Assembly: GCA_965238005.1 (NCBI GenBank)
Contig: OZ250165.1
Location: 4,384,001-4,448,000, forward strand
Length of the DNA stretch: 64,000 nt
Reading direction: 5' to 3'
DNA from: Longimicrobiales bacterium
GTDB taxonomy: Bacteria; Gemmatimonadota; Gemmatimonadetes; Longimicrobiales; Gaopeijiaceae
How positions within the stretch are numbered: position 1 is the first letter of the stretch; each line of letters begins with the position of its first letter. Position numbers and translations under genes: made by a program. The notes beneath the pieces are model-generated. The model had not been told where the DNA came from. It made no database searches and was given only the letters and a program-made list of their open reading frames with translations. Shown here piece after piece: positions 9,216 through 19,598 of the stretch.

Positions 9216-10037
9216 TCAGTGCACCAGAAGATATTCTGAGTGCTGCCCACGACGGTACAGCTCCCGCACCTCGTAGCCCCTGGCCAGGTAGGAGGACAAC
9301 GCGGCACGAGTGGCGTGACGCCACCGTAGGGCCGCCTCGAGCGACTCGCTCTTGAGCTCCTGTATGGATCGCGGGATCGGGACGAGGATCCGCGACGCCT
9401 CCAGCGACAGGTCTGGTTCGCTGGGAAGGATCAGGCCTCCCTCGCCGACGATGTCGAAGGCGCGCACGGCCCCCTCATCCGCACCCGCCTCGGGTCCCGA
9501 CCGGCCCTCGACCAGGCGTTGGACCACCCTCTCGGAGTCCAACATCCACGTCGGCACGAAACGATCGGTACCGATTCCCCGGTGTAGAGGCGAGTCGGTC
9601 TGGCCGTACATGTCCTGCACGTACTCCCTCGCCACCGCGCCAAGCTTGTTCAGGTTCAGGTGCGCGTTCGTGGACTCCAGGGGATCGAATGTCCAGTGCA
9701 CCCGGGTGATCCCCATCGCCAGGAGCCTCTCCCGCTGATAGGCCTTGAGACGAGCGCCCAGGCCCGCGTTCTGGAGCCCCGGGCGCACCGCCAGCATGTC
9801 GGACCAGTGGACGACCTCGCCGCCCTCCACACCGGTCATCCCATAGACGAACCCGGCCAACTCGCCGCTCTCGTCGTAGGCTCCGGCCGCGATGCCCCCC
9901 AGGCGTTGGCTGACCTTGAGGATGGCCACCGCCACCCGCTCCGAGAAGCCGGTCCCCCAGATCTCCTCCTGAAAGCGGACGCAGTCCTGAAACTCCTCGA
10001 TGGTCTCGAAGGGGCGGATCGTGAGGTCGGACCCCAT
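9216..10037 (-). CDS. GNAT family acyltransferase (putative D-amino acid N-succinyltransferase)
   Basis: HWSDMLAV, G.GARLK, WTFDPLE..NA.LN..KLGA, TDRF motifs; directly upstream of NSAR/OSBS. Confidence 0.8.
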   Translation of the reverse strand: MGSDLTIRPFETIEEFQDCVRFQEEIWGTGFSERVAVAILKVSQRLGGIAAGAYDESGELAGFVYGMTGVEGGEVVHWSDMLAVRPGLQNAGLGARLKAYQRERLLAMGITRVHWTFDPLESTNAHLNLNKLGAVAREYVQDMYGQTDSPLHRGIGTDRFVPTWMLDSERVVQRLVEGRSGPEAGADEGAVRAFDIVGEGGLILPSEPDLSLEASRILVPIPRSIQELKSESLEAALRWRHATRAALSSYLARGYEVRELYRRGQHSEYLLVH

Positions 10038-10375
10038 CCCGGCCGGCTCCTGGAATGACGATGTGAGTGTGACGCTCCGCCGGAGAACTTGCGGCGGTCG
10101 GGGGCCGGAGACCAGCTTGGCCACCGACCCGGCACATCCCGTCTCAGAGGAGGATCCGTGGGAACGTCACTGAAGAGAGGTGCCCGTAGAGGAGGACGCC
10201 GAAGATGCACCCATGGAGGCCACCACCGCCCTTCTCCCTGTTGGGCACGGCCGATCGCGAGTGGGTCGTCGTTCCGGGAGGCGACCATGCCGCCTTCCTC
10301 GAGACGCCGCGCGCCTATTTTCTACAGGCGATGGTGAGCTTCCTGGAACGTCCTCGTTGATTCGGACTCGGACCC

Positions 10376-10936
10376 CTATGCTCGGGCCCGGCGGATAAGG
10401 AACGCATCCGCGGCACACCGGAGGGTCTCGACGCTCGTCTCGCCGAGCAGATGCTCGGCCTCCTCGCCGGCCTGCCTCCAATGGGGCATCGCACGACTCA
10501 GAATGCTCGAGCCCTCGCGGGTGAGGGCCAGCGTCTTGGGTCCCCGGGCTGCCAACCGCCCTTCTTCCAGCCAGCCCTTCTCCCGGAGCAGCGCCAGTCC
10601 ACGACTCACCGTGGACTTGTCCATCTCGAGGTAGCGACTCACGTCCACGGCCCGCAGTCCATCCATGGACGCGACAAGGGAGACCACGGTGAGCTGATTG
10701 GCCCGTAGCCCGATCGGGGCCAGGGCGTCGTCGTAAAGTTGTGTCAGAAGACGGTCCAACATGCGGGTGCGGCTGCAGACGCAAGACCGGAGGACCTCCC
10801 GCGCCGCTGCCACGTCCATCCATGCGGACGCGTCCGTGTGCTGGTCCGCGTCCTGGTCCACGCTCGTGTCCGCCTCCGTATTGACCTCGGCGCCGCCGAC
10901 ACCGGGCCTTTCGCTGGAGCCCTCATCGGACATCAT
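10376..10936 (-). CDS. MarR family transcriptional regulator
   Basis: CVC..TR...R.LTQLYD.AL.P.GL...Q, MDKSTVSR.L..L...G winged HTH. Confidence 0.85.
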   Translation of the reverse strand: MMSDEGSSERPGVGGAEVNTEADTSVDQDADQHTDASAWMDVAAAREVLRSCVCSRTRMLDRLLTQLYDDALAPIGLRANQLTVVSLVASMDGLRAVDVSRYLEMDKSTVSRGLALLREKGWLEEGRLAARGPKTLALTREGSSILSRAMPHWRQAGEEAEHLLGETSVETLRCAADAFLIRRARA

Positions 10937-10945
10937 GGTCGCTGT

Positions 10946-11040
10946 GTTGCATTAGCAACTTATAAAGTTGTAGTGACAACTCCACATCGACGTCGGGTGA
11001 GGGCAGTTGCAGTACCAATATAGGTCGTTGCAGCACCAAC
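10946..11040. promoter_or_regulatory. Four GTTG-N6-CAAC operator-like palindromes upstream of marR
   Basis: gttgcattagcaac 10946, gttgtagtgacaac 10967, gttgcagtaccaat 11006 (one mismatch), gttgcagcaccaac 11027. Confidence 0.75.
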
Positions 11041-11179
11041 ATCAAGCCCAGATTCCTCGGGCCATCCAAGGGTTGCAATGCTCTTCGCGCAGGGGGGCGC
11101 GATTCTCCAGCCTAGGCCATGACGCTCGTAGCGAGGCCCCCCAGACTTGTGCAGAGCCTCCCGAGAAGCCTGTCCGAGC

Positions 11180-12352
11180 CTATCCGTCCGCCTGGGGAAG
11201 CATGAGGATGAGGGCCAGCAGAGCCGTCCTCTCCAGCAGCTTGTCGATTCTCACGTACTCGTGATGGGCGTGGGCGCCGTCGCCCACGACACCCAGGCCA
11301 TCCACCGTCGCGGCATACAGGCTCGTGATGTTCCCGTCGGAGGCGCCTCCCGAGAGTCCTTCGGCCAGCTCGAGCCCCATTCTCAGCCCGCACTCGCGCA
11401 CGGCCCTCCACAGGGCCTGGTTGCGAGGCGTCGCCTCCATGGGAGCCCGATCGACCGCCCCCTCGATCTCCAGGCGTGTCCCGGGAGTGGTCGCTTCGAG
11501 GCCCAGGATTTCCTCCTCCACGGCGCGGGCGTCGGCGAGGGTGGTGACCCGGACGTCAACCAGCGCACGACACTCCGCAGCCACGACATTGGCCCGTGTG
11601 CCTCCCGACACCGTCCCCACGTTCACACCGATTCCCCGGTCCACATCGGTGAGGCCGTGAAGGACCTGCACTACATGGGACATCTCCTGGATGGCGCTGG
11701 CACCCTCCTCGGGGGCGAGCCCTGAGTGAGACGCCTTGCCCACCACCCGGACCTCGAACTCCCCGCCACCCCGACGGGTCGTCTTGATCTTGCCCTCGGG
11801 GCTGAGAGCGGGCTCCAGAACAAGCACGCGGCTCGCACTCTTGGCCAGGCGCTCCACGTGGGGGTGGGACTCCGGACTGCCGAGCTCCTCGTCCGAGTTC
11901 AGGAACACGACCGGTGTGACTTCGGGCTGCAGGCCCAGCTCAGCCAGCGCACGGAGGGCGAACACGATCTGCACGATGCCGCCCTTCATGTCGAAGACCC
12001 CGGGCCCGCGCACCACGCCCCTCCCTTCGTCGACTTCTACCGGCATCCGGTCCAGGGTACCCAGAGGCCACACCGTGTCGGTGTGACCGAGCAGGAGCTG
12101 AATCGGGGCCTGGCTCACCTCGTGGCCCCTCGGAGACAGTTGGATGTGTCCCCCCGTCTTCTCCCCGGGGATTCGGTTGGCCTCGAACCCGAGCTCCTCG
12201 AGTGAGCGTCGCACGAGATCCTGCACCGGCAACTGGGTCTCGGGCACGAGGGAGGGAGACTCCAGGCTGGCCAGGTCGGTCAACAGCTTCACGATCGCGT
12301 CCCTACGATCGGACAAGAACTCGACGATCCGCCCGGCGACCGGATCCGTCAC
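11180..12352 (-). CDS. M20 family metallopeptidase (carboxypeptidase G2-like)
   Basis: GHTDTV, GPGVFDMKGG, DEELGS, GGASDGN, GAHA..E motifs. Confidence 0.88.
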   Translation of the reverse strand: MTDPVAGRIVEFLSDRRDAIVKLLTDLASLESPSLVPETQLPVQDLVRRSLEELGFEANRIPGEKTGGHIQLSPRGHEVSQAPIQLLLGHTDTVWPLGTLDRMPVEVDEGRGVVRGPGVFDMKGGIVQIVFALRALAELGLQPEVTPVVFLNSDEELGSPESHPHVERLAKSASRVLVLEPALSPEGKIKTTRRGGGEFEVRVVGKASHSGLAPEEGASAIQEMSHVVQVLHGLTDVDRGIGVNVGTVSGGTRANVVAAECRALVDVRVTTLADARAVEEEILGLEATTPGTRLEIEGAVDRAPMEATPRNQALWRAVRECGLRMGLELAEGLSGGASDGNITSLYAATVDGLGVVGDGAHAHHEYVRIDKLLERTALLALILMLPQADG

Positions 12353-12383
12353 GCGGACCTCCAGCTACTCGGTGATGTTCCCC

Positions 12384-13763
12384 TCATCGATAGAAGCCGG
12401 CTCGCTTGTAGCTCTCGTCCAACAGCTCTACCGGATGATGTGCCTTGATCGGAGAGCCCCGAAGGAGGAGGCCGGCACCAATCTGCATGATACAGCCTGG
12501 ATTGGCGGTCACCACCGCCGCCGCTCCCGTGCCGATCACCGAAGCCACTTTGTCCGAGCCGATACGTCCACCGAGCTCGGGGTGGGTCATGCCGTAGATG
12601 CCCGCTCCCCCACAGCACTCCTCCTCGTCCGGAAGAGGCACGAGATCCAGGTCCGGAATCGCCTCGAGCATCGCCCGTGGCGCCTCCTTCAGGCGCTGAG
12701 CGTGGCAGAGGTGGCACGCTGCGTCGTACGTGACCCGAAGGGGGACCGGCGCTCCACGTCGCACTCCGGCCTCGGCCAACAGCTCCGAGACGTCGCGGGT
12801 GGCATCGGCGAGCCGGGCCGCCGTCTCGGCGTACTTCGAGTCGCCGACCAGAAGGTGGCCGTACTCCTTCAGCGTCGCGCCACACCCCGCCGCGTTGACG
12901 GCGACGAAGTCGACCTTCGACTTCTCGAAAGCGGCTACGTTCGCTCGAGCGAGCCTGCGGGCGCCTTCGGCATCGCCGGCATGTACGTGCAAGGCTCCAC
13001 AGCACTTCTGGCCCGCCACCCGCACCATCTCGAACCCGTTCGCGCTGAGAACCCTCTCAGTCGCGTCGTTCACACGGGCAAAGAGCCCCGCCTGGACGCA
13101 CCCGGTGAGGAGGGCGACCCGCAGTGGTGCTTCCCCGGCATCGCTCTCACCTGCTGCCGCAACGTCCCCGGCGTCGGCCGCTCCTGGTGCGTCCCCGGCA
13201 GGGACAGCCACAGGCGAGGAAGCCGATCCCACAGGAGCGGTCGAGAGCAGTCGCGAGCCTCGGCTCGCCGCGAGCATGGCGAGCCCGAAGCGCACGGGAT
13301 GGAGCGACCGGAACCCTGGAGTAAGCTTCGCCCCGAGCCACGCCAGCCCCAGGCCGCGAGCCAACCTCGCGAGGCCCATACTCCAGCGCAGCCAGACGCC
13401 TCGCCTGAACACGGACAGGAGAGCCCGGACCGACATCCTGGGCTTCCGCGCCCGGAAGGCCACCTCCCGCGCACTCTCCAGCAGGAGACCGTACTCCACA
13501 CCCGAGGGGCACACCGGCTCGCAAGCCCTGCACCCCAGGCACCGGTCCATGTGTGTCTGGAACGCGTCCGACGCGGCGGGAAGCCTCCCCTCCACCACGG
13601 CGCGCATGAGATGAAGTCTCCCACGCGGCGAGTCGTTCTCGTCCCCCAGCCGGACGTAGGTGGGACACGCCGGAAGGCAGAAGCCGCAGTGGACGCAAGG
13701 AAGTAGGCGTTCCTTCTGTGCCTCCAGGGCGGCGGCCAGCGCCGTGCCTCGTTGGGCGCTCAC
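12384..13763 (-). CDS. glcF: Glycolate oxidase iron-sulfur subunit
   Basis: Two CxxCxxCxxxCP ferredoxin motifs, DSPRGR, two CCG domains. Confidence 0.85.
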   Translation of the reverse strand: MSAQRGTALAAALEAQKERLLPCVHCGFCLPACPTYVRLGDENDSPRGRLHLMRAVVEGRLPAASDAFQTHMDRCLGCRACEPVCPSGVEYGLLLESAREVAFRARKPRMSVRALLSVFRRGVWLRWSMGLARLARGLGLAWLGAKLTPGFRSLHPVRFGLAMLAASRGSRLLSTAPVGSASSPVAVPAGDAPGAADAGDVAAAGESDAGEAPLRVALLTGCVQAGLFARVNDATERVLSANGFEMVRVAGQKCCGALHVHAGDAEGARRLARANVAAFEKSKVDFVAVNAAGCGATLKEYGHLLVGDSKYAETAARLADATRDVSELLAEAGVRRGAPVPLRVTYDAACHLCHAQRLKEAPRAMLEAIPDLDLVPLPDEEECCGGAGIYGMTHPELGGRIGSDKVASVIGTGAAAVVTANPGCIMQIGAGLLLRGSPIKAHHPVELLDESYKRAGFYR

Positions 13764-15073
13764 GATGCGACCCTCCCGGGCGTCAGAATCGATGCCGGAT
13801 CGAACTCCCTCTGAAGGTCGCGCATGAGACCCCTCGCAGAGCCCACCTCTCCCCACGCTCCCATGGTCCCCACGACTTCCGGTGGCCCCTGCGAGATGAC
13901 CATGCTCCCGCCCTCCGATTCCAGCGAAAGCCTGAGGTCGGCCAGAGAGGACACGGCGCTCTCCAGCCATCCCTCCCGCCGGTGCACGCGGGCGATCATG
14001 ACGCGCAGCACTCCTGTCTGGGCATGACCCGCCATCCGGGCGCCCCACCCCACATCCGGATCGGCCAGCACCGCGAGGCCCACCGCCATCTCGACCACGT
14101 CGGACATCCTGGACGGAAGGAGGCTCAACCGGAGCACCAGCTCGGCACCGTCCTCCATGCCTCTAACGTTCTCGAAGATGGCCTGGGAGTCCTGCCCGTC
14201 CATGCGCCTGAACGGGGCGCTGTCCGCCCGCTCGGTCACAACGCGCTCGACCTCCTCGGCCGCCGGCGGCGACTCCAGGATCCGAACTGCCACCAGGGGC
14301 GCGCTGCTCCGATCCCTCCCCTCTCGCTCCCCGGGCGCCAACAGCTCGACGGCCGCAAGCGAGACCGGGGACCCGGCGATGGCACGGGCCAGTCGCGCCG
14401 CCGAGTGCACGTCGGGGCTCTCGAACAGCAGGGTCCGGTCGAGCTCCGGCACCGGGTGCAGCCGGACCGTCACCGACGTGATCACGCCCAGCGTGCCCCA
14501 GCTCCCCAGGACAAGCTTGAGAAGGTCGAACCCGGCCACGTTCTTCACCACCTTGCCGCCCAGGTGCAGCAGGCGGCCGTCGCCCGTGGCGAGCGTGGCC
14601 CCCAGGACGTGATCCCTCGGCGTGCCGAAGCCGGCCTGGAGCGGTCCGGCGGATGCCGTGCTCACCGTCGCCCCGAGGCTCCCGCGAACGGCACCGGGCG
14701 GGTCGAGAGGAAGCCACTGCCTTCCATCCAGGACGCGCCGGGCCAAGAGATCCAGGCCGATCCCCGCCTCGGCGCTGATGAAGAGGTCGTCGGGCGCATA
14801 GGCCAGCACCCGATCCATCCGGCTCGTGCTGAGCACCACGTCCACGGCCTGCGGGGGCTGCCCGCCCCTCAGCCAGGTGCCCTTGCCGCTCGGCACACAG
14901 CGCCAACCCTCGGCGCTGGCCATGGTCAGGACTTGCGCCACCTCGGACTCGCTCTCCGGAAAGACGACCGCGAGGGGAACTCCATCGCACACGGCCCAGG
15001 CCTCCGCACGGAAGCCGTCCACGACCTGTCCTTCAGGCAGCTGGCTGGCCAGGAGAGCCGCTATCGTGTTCAC
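13760..15073 (-). CDS. glcE: Glycolate oxidase FAD-binding subunit
   Basis: GGKVVKNVAGFDL, GSWGTLG, FDP..IL.PG; lies between glcD and glcF. Confidence 0.82.
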   Translation of the reverse strand: MNTIAALLASQLPEGQVVDGFRAEAWAVCDGVPLAVVFPESESEVAQVLTMASAEGWRCVPSGKGTWLRGGQPPQAVDVVLSTSRMDRVLAYAPDDLFISAEAGIGLDLLARRVLDGRQWLPLDPPGAVRGSLGATVSTASAGPLQAGFGTPRDHVLGATLATGDGRLLHLGGKVVKNVAGFDLLKLVLGSWGTLGVITSVTVRLHPVPELDRTLLFESPDVHSAARLARAIAGSPVSLAAVELLAPGEREGRDRSSAPLVAVRILESPPAAEEVERVVTERADSAPFRRMDGQDSQAIFENVRGMEDGAELVLRLSLLPSRMSDVVEMAVGLAVLADPDVGWGARMAGHAQTGVLRVMIARVHRREGWLESAVSSLADLRLSLESEGGSMVISQGPPEVVGTMGAWGEVGSARGLMRDLQREFDPASILTPGRVAS

Positions 15074-16479
15074 GGCGCTGCTTCGAGCTGATCGGGGAGC
15101 ACCTTTCCCGGGTTCATGCCCCCACTGGGGTCGAACACGGCCTGGACCCGACGCATGGCCTCCAGCTCGTCCGGGCTGTGCACCAGCGACATGTATGAGC
15201 GCTTGTCCAGGCCCACACCATGCTCTCCGGTGATGGTGCCCCCCATCTCGACGCACACGGCCATGATCTCCTTCGACGCCTGCTCCACGCGCTCGAGCTC
15301 GTCGGGATCGCCTCGGTCAAAGAGGATGTTCGGATGGAGATTGCCGTCCCCGGCGTGGAAGACGTTCGCCACGGTCAGATCGTATCGCTTCCCGATCTCT
15401 GAGATCCGTCCCAGGACGTCGGGCAGGACGCTCCGGGGGACGGTGGCGTCCTGAACGAGCAGATCCGGGGCGATGCGGCCCATGGCACCGAAGGCCTTCT
15501 TGCGCCCCTGCCACAGCGCCAGCCGCTCCTGGTCCGACTCCGCCGTACGGACGTCCCGTGCGCCGGCCTCCCGGCAGTGGACGACGGCCCGCTCGACGTC
15601 GGCGTCCAGCCCTGCCTCGATCCCGTCGAACTCGATGACGAGTGCCGCCTCGGCGTCGGTCGGGAACCCTCCGGCGTAGACGCTGGCCTCCACCGCCCGG
15701 ATGGTCGGACCGTCGATGATCTCCAGTGCGGCCGGCAGAAGGCCGTCGGCCATGATGGTGGTCACGGCTCGGCCGGCGTCCTCGAGCTCGTCGAAGATCC
15801 CCAGTAGCGTCCGGACTCCCTCCGGCTTCGGGAGGAGCCGCATCTCGATCTCCGTGGCGATGCCGAAGCACCCCTCGGATCCCACGAAGAGCCCCACCAG
15901 GTCGTAGCCCCCCGGCTCCCGCCCGAAACCACCCAGACGCGACACCTGCCCTCCGTACGTCACCATGGTGAGGCCCGTGACGTAGCGTGAGGTGACCCCG
16001 TACTTGAGGCAGTGGGGCCCTCCCGAGTTCTCGGCCACGTTGCCTCCCAGCGTGCAGGCGCTCTGAGAGGACGGGTCGGGGGCGTAGTAGAGCCCGAACG
16101 GGGAAGCCGCATCCGTGAGATCCGCGTTGATCACGCCCGGCTGAACCAGAGCCAGGCGGTTCTCCGGATCGACCTCGAGGATCCGGTTCATGCGTGCCGT
16201 CCCTACCACGATGCACCCCTCACCCGCGAGGGCTCCTCCGGAAAGCCCCGTTCCCGCCCCGCGGGGCACGACCGGCACGCCTTCCTTCGAGAGGAGCTCG
16301 AGGACCCGGCTGACCTCGTCGGTGTCCTTGGGAAGCACCACGGCCATCGGCAGCATCCGGTACGCCGTCAGCCCGTCGGACTCGTACGCCAGGAGCCGAT
16401 GCGGGTCCGAGATGACCCAGGCATCACCGACGACGCCTTTCAGCTTCTTTGCGAGTGACTGCGCTAGAGGGTCCGGCAA
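15070..16479 (-). CDS. glcD: Glycolate oxidase FAD-linked subunit
   Basis: RGAGTGLSGG, YAPDPSSQ, ENSGGPHCLKYG, GSEG, HAGDGNLHP, GEHGVG. Confidence 0.9.
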   Translation of the reverse strand: MPDPLAQSLAKKLKGVVGDAWVISDPHRLLAYESDGLTAYRMLPMAVVLPKDTDEVSRVLELLSKEGVPVVPRGAGTGLSGGALAGEGCIVVGTARMNRILEVDPENRLALVQPGVINADLTDAASPFGLYYAPDPSSQSACTLGGNVAENSGGPHCLKYGVTSRYVTGLTMVTYGGQVSRLGGFGREPGGYDLVGLFVGSEGCFGIATEIEMRLLPKPEGVRTLLGIFDELEDAGRAVTTIMADGLLPAALEIIDGPTIRAVEASVYAGGFPTDAEAALVIEFDGIEAGLDADVERAVVHCREAGARDVRTAESDQERLALWQGRKKAFGAMGRIAPDLLVQDATVPRSVLPDVLGRISEIGKRYDLTVANVFHAGDGNLHPNILFDRGDPDELERVEQASKEIMAVCVEMGGTITGEHGVGLDKRSYMSLVHSPDELEAMRRVQAVFDPSGGMNPGKVLPDQLEAAP

Positions 16480-16527
16480 CTGTGCTCCTTCTCAGGACAC
16501 TAGTGTACTGCTGCGGAAATCCGGTAG

Positions 16528-17253
16528 CTATACCAGGAAGTCCCGAATGGCCTCCACGCTCTTCCCCGCCGCGGACTCGAGACCCTCGGGGATCGTGGTT
16601 CCGTACACTTCCGCCAGCAGCTCGTCCGTGGTGGCCTCGGGACGGGCCGCCAGAGTCTCCTGCACCTGCCGGATCCTCTCGCGGCGGTGTGCTTCGAAGG
16701 CGTCCAGCGTCCTGTCCGGATCCTCCAGGGGGGGTCCGTGGGCCGGGTACAGCACGCTGCACCGCAGGGCGCGAACCCGCTCGAGTGAATCCAGGTAGTC
16801 GGCGACGCATCCCTCGTACTCGCCGACCCATGTGGTCTCGCCACGGCCCAGGACGAGGTCCCCGGGAAAGCCCGCACCGGCCTCGATCCAGTGGAACGCC
16901 ACGTGTTCTCGGCTGTGGCCGGGGGTTTCGACGCTCACGAGACGACCCTGGTCCGTCTCCACTGGCTCACAGTCACCGAGCACCCTGGCGGCCGGTATTC
17001 CGACCCCCAGGATCTCCGCCCCCGCCGCGCCGGCCACAGCCTGCGCCGCATCGGCGTGATCGGCGTGGCCATGAGTCAGGAGTACCCAGACGCGCTCGGC
17101 CTCGGCCACCGCATGCGCGACAGCCCGCACGTGGCTCTCCTCGTCCGGGCCGGGATCGATGATGGCCACCCGTCTGTGGCCTATCAGGTATGTCCGGGTC
17201 CCGTCGAGCGTGAATGGGCCCGGATTGTCAGCTACGATGCAGCGGGGCCTCAC
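16528..17253 (-). CDS. MBL-fold metallo-hydrolase (LACTB2-like)
   Basis: NPGPFTLDGT, IDPGP, THGHADH, TPGH, PAHG; start approximate. Confidence 0.85.
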   Translation of the reverse strand: MRPRCIVADNPGPFTLDGTRTYLIGHRRVAIIDPGPDEESHVRAVAHAVAEAERVWVLLTHGHADHADAAQAVAGAAGAEILGVGIPAARVLGDCEPVETDQGRLVSVETPGHSREHVAFHWIEAGAGFPGDLVLGRGETTWVGEYEGCVADYLDSLERVRALRCSVLYPAHGPPLEDPDRTLDAFEAHRRERIRQVQETLAARPEATTDELLAEVYGTTIPEGLESAAGKSVEAIRDFLV

Positions 17254-17263
17254 CTGGCGAGCG

Positions 17264-17734
17264 TCAGCGGCGCTCCGCCACCAACTGGTCGGCCAGCTTA
17301 TCCGCCACCGACTGTATGGCCAGGTCGTCGTCATCGGTGAACGCCGCGGCAGTCCTGCTGTCGAGGTCGATCTGCCCGAAGATGTCGTCGCCGGCGCGGA
17401 TGAGCACGATCATCTCCGACTTCACCCTCGGGTCACACGCGAGGTAGTTGTCCACCGCGCTGACGTCGGGGACGTTGATGTTCTCGCCGCGGGTGACCGC
17501 GGTGCCACACACACCCTCGCCCACCGGAATCTTGGCGTGGGTGGTCGTCTTTCCCACGTAGTTGTGCAACCAGAGCACGTTCTCGTCGGAGTTGAGGAGA
17601 TATATGCCCACCCAGTCGAATCGATCGTCGGACGAGCTGATGCCCCTCACGGCATGGCGGAGCAGCGCATCCGAGAGGAATCCGTCGTCCCTCAGGGTCT
17701 GCAGCTCGCTCACCAGTGCGTTGACTTCTAGCAT
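17264..17734 (-). CDS. GAF domain protein (free Met-(R)-sulfoxide reductase MsrC-like)
   Basis: DWVGIY, GEGVCG, YLACD...KSE, GQIDLDS. Confidence 0.8.
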   Translation of the reverse strand: MLEVNALVSELQTLRDDGFLSDALLRHAVRGISSSDDRFDWVGIYLLNSDENVLWLHNYVGKTTTHAKIPVGEGVCGTAVTRGENINVPDVSAVDNYLACDPRVKSEMIVLIRAGDDIFGQIDLDSRTAAAFTDDDDLAIQSVADKLADQLVAERR

Positions 17735-17845
17735 GCGGATCGGTTCCAGTTCTGTGAAAGTGGGGAAAATCCCCAGGTTCAGCGGCCTTGCCGAACGAAA
17801 GGGTAGAAGAGAGCCCTCTCAGGGTCAAGGCGCCAACGGGGGGCG

Positions 17846-18916
17846 CTAACGCGGGGTGAAGTCCGTGTCCTCCTGGAGACCCTGGACGAAGGCCGCCAGT
17901 AGGCGAGCCGTGTTCTCGAGATCCGCGAGACTCACGATCTCGTTGGGCGAGTGCATGTAGCGGTTCGGTACGGACACGAGACCCGTCGGGACCCCACCCC
18001 GACTCAGATAGATGGAGTCCGCATCCGTGCGCGTCGCCTTGGGCGCCGCTTGGATGGTGTGTGGAATGCCCTCGGCCTCGGCGACCTCCACGAGGCGATC
18101 GAACACCACGGGGTGGGCAGCCGATCCCCGGCTGAGCACGGGACCTCCACCGAGGCGGTGCTCCCCCAGCTCCTTCTTCTCGATGTCCGGGACGTCGGTG
18201 CTGAACGTCACGTCCACCACCAGCGCTACGTCAGGCTCGAGCGTGAAGGCGCTGCTTCGGGCCCCTCCCCCCCCACTGCTGCCGATCTCCTCCTGGACCG
18301 TTGCAACGGCCACCGCCGACGCTGTGGGAGACGACTCCGAGAGGAGTCGAAGTGCCTCGAGCACCACGAACGCCCCGATTCGGTTGTCGATGGCACGACT
18401 CGCCACACGATCCCCGGCCAGGCGCACGATCTGGGCGTCGATCACCAGGGGATCGCCCACGCGCAGCCCCAGCGCACCGGCCTCTTCGGCCGACGACACC
18501 CCGACGTCGACCCACAGCCCCCTGATCTCCGACGCCTTCGTGCGCTCCTCGTCCTTGATGAGGTGGATGGCCTTCTTTCCCACGACTCCCTGCACATCAC
18601 CCGACCTTCCCAGTATCCGGACCCGTTGGCCCACCAGCACCTGGGGATCCCATCCGCCGATGCCATCGACGTAGAGGAAGCCGTCCTCGTCGATGTGCGT
18701 AACCTGGAGCCCTATCTCGTCGATATGGCCCGCCATCATGACGCGCGGCCTGCCGTCGGGGTTCATCAGGGCGAAGGTGTTCCCACTCACGTCGGTGGTC
18801 ACCGAGTCTGCGAAGGTCTCGGCCTCTGCGCGCCATACGCGGGCCGGGCGGACCTCGAATCCCGAGGGCCCCGGCGCGTCAAGGAGGCTCTCGAGGAAGG
18901 CTGTGGGCTGGTTCAT
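17846..18916 (-). CDS. M42 family aminopeptidase
   Basis: GPSGFE, GHIDEIG, DNRIG, VQEEIG, DVT, RYMHSPNE. Confidence 0.9.
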   Translation of the reverse strand: MNQPTAFLESLLDAPGPSGFEVRPARVWRAEAETFADSVTTDVSGNTFALMNPDGRPRVMMAGHIDEIGLQVTHIDEDGFLYVDGIGGWDPQVLVGQRVRILGRSGDVQGVVGKKAIHLIKDEERTKASEIRGLWVDVGVSSAEEAGALGLRVGDPLVIDAQIVRLAGDRVASRAIDNRIGAFVVLEALRLLSESSPTASAVAVATVQEEIGSSGGGGARSSAFTLEPDVALVVDVTFSTDVPDIEKKELGEHRLGGGPVLSRGSAAHPVVFDRLVEVAEAEGIPHTIQAAPKATRTDADSIYLSRGGVPTGLVSVPNRYMHSPNEIVSLADLENTARLLAAFVQGLQEDTDFTPR

Positions 18917-18947
18917 GAGTCGGAAACTACCGAACCGGGGAGCCCGC

Positions 18948-19418
18948 TCAAGGGGTAGAGTCGTCCCCCGAGTCCTGCAAGGGGGGGCCCTCCGGCGGAC
19001 GGGTCGCCCAGCCCCGACTGCCCAGGACCGTCATCTCGATGGCGCCGTCCTGGATGCGTCGCTCCAGGTTCTCTCTTACGCGGCGCTGTATGGCGCGGCG
19101 CGTCGGGGGCAGGAGAAGGCTGAATCCGACGAGGTCGGTGAGGATACCGGGCGTGAGGAGAAGCGCACCACCCACGAGGATGCTCATTCCGTCCATGATC
19201 GCCTGACCGGGCAGCTGCCCCCGGGCGAGATCGTCGCGGAGCCTCCACAGGGTCTTGAGACCCTCTAGACGGGCGAGCCAGGCACCCGTGACTCCGGTGA
19301 ACACCACGAGCGCCATCGTGGGTAGAAACCCCACCACCTGCCCGATCTCGATGAGAAGAGCGAGCTCGAGCAGCGGGACGATGACGAACAGGAGGGCCAG
19401 TCTGGCCAGAACGCTCAT
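18948..19418 (-). CDS. fxsA: FxsA family membrane protein
   Basis: LFVIVPLLELALL, G.LLLTPG.LTD.VG motif. Confidence 0.88.
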   Translation of the reverse strand: MSVLARLALLFVIVPLLELALLIEIGQVVGFLPTMALVVFTGVTGAWLARLEGLKTLWRLRDDLARGQLPGQAIMDGMSILVGGALLLTPGILTDLVGFSLLLPPTRRAIQRRVRENLERRIQDGAIEMTVLGSRGWATRPPEGPPLQDSGDDSTP

Positions 19419-19598
19419 GACCGGTGCTTACACCGCGCCTTCCGCGCTGGATCCTGGGTCCGCGAGGGCGGAGACCCGCGGAGGGTGCGCAGACCGATCG
19501 AGGGCGTCTTTCTTCGCTTGAATCACCTGGACGATTAGCTTTGAGGCGTGGGGGGCGCGCCGCGATGCTCCCGCCGGCGCTCCCGGAGTTGGAGGCTC

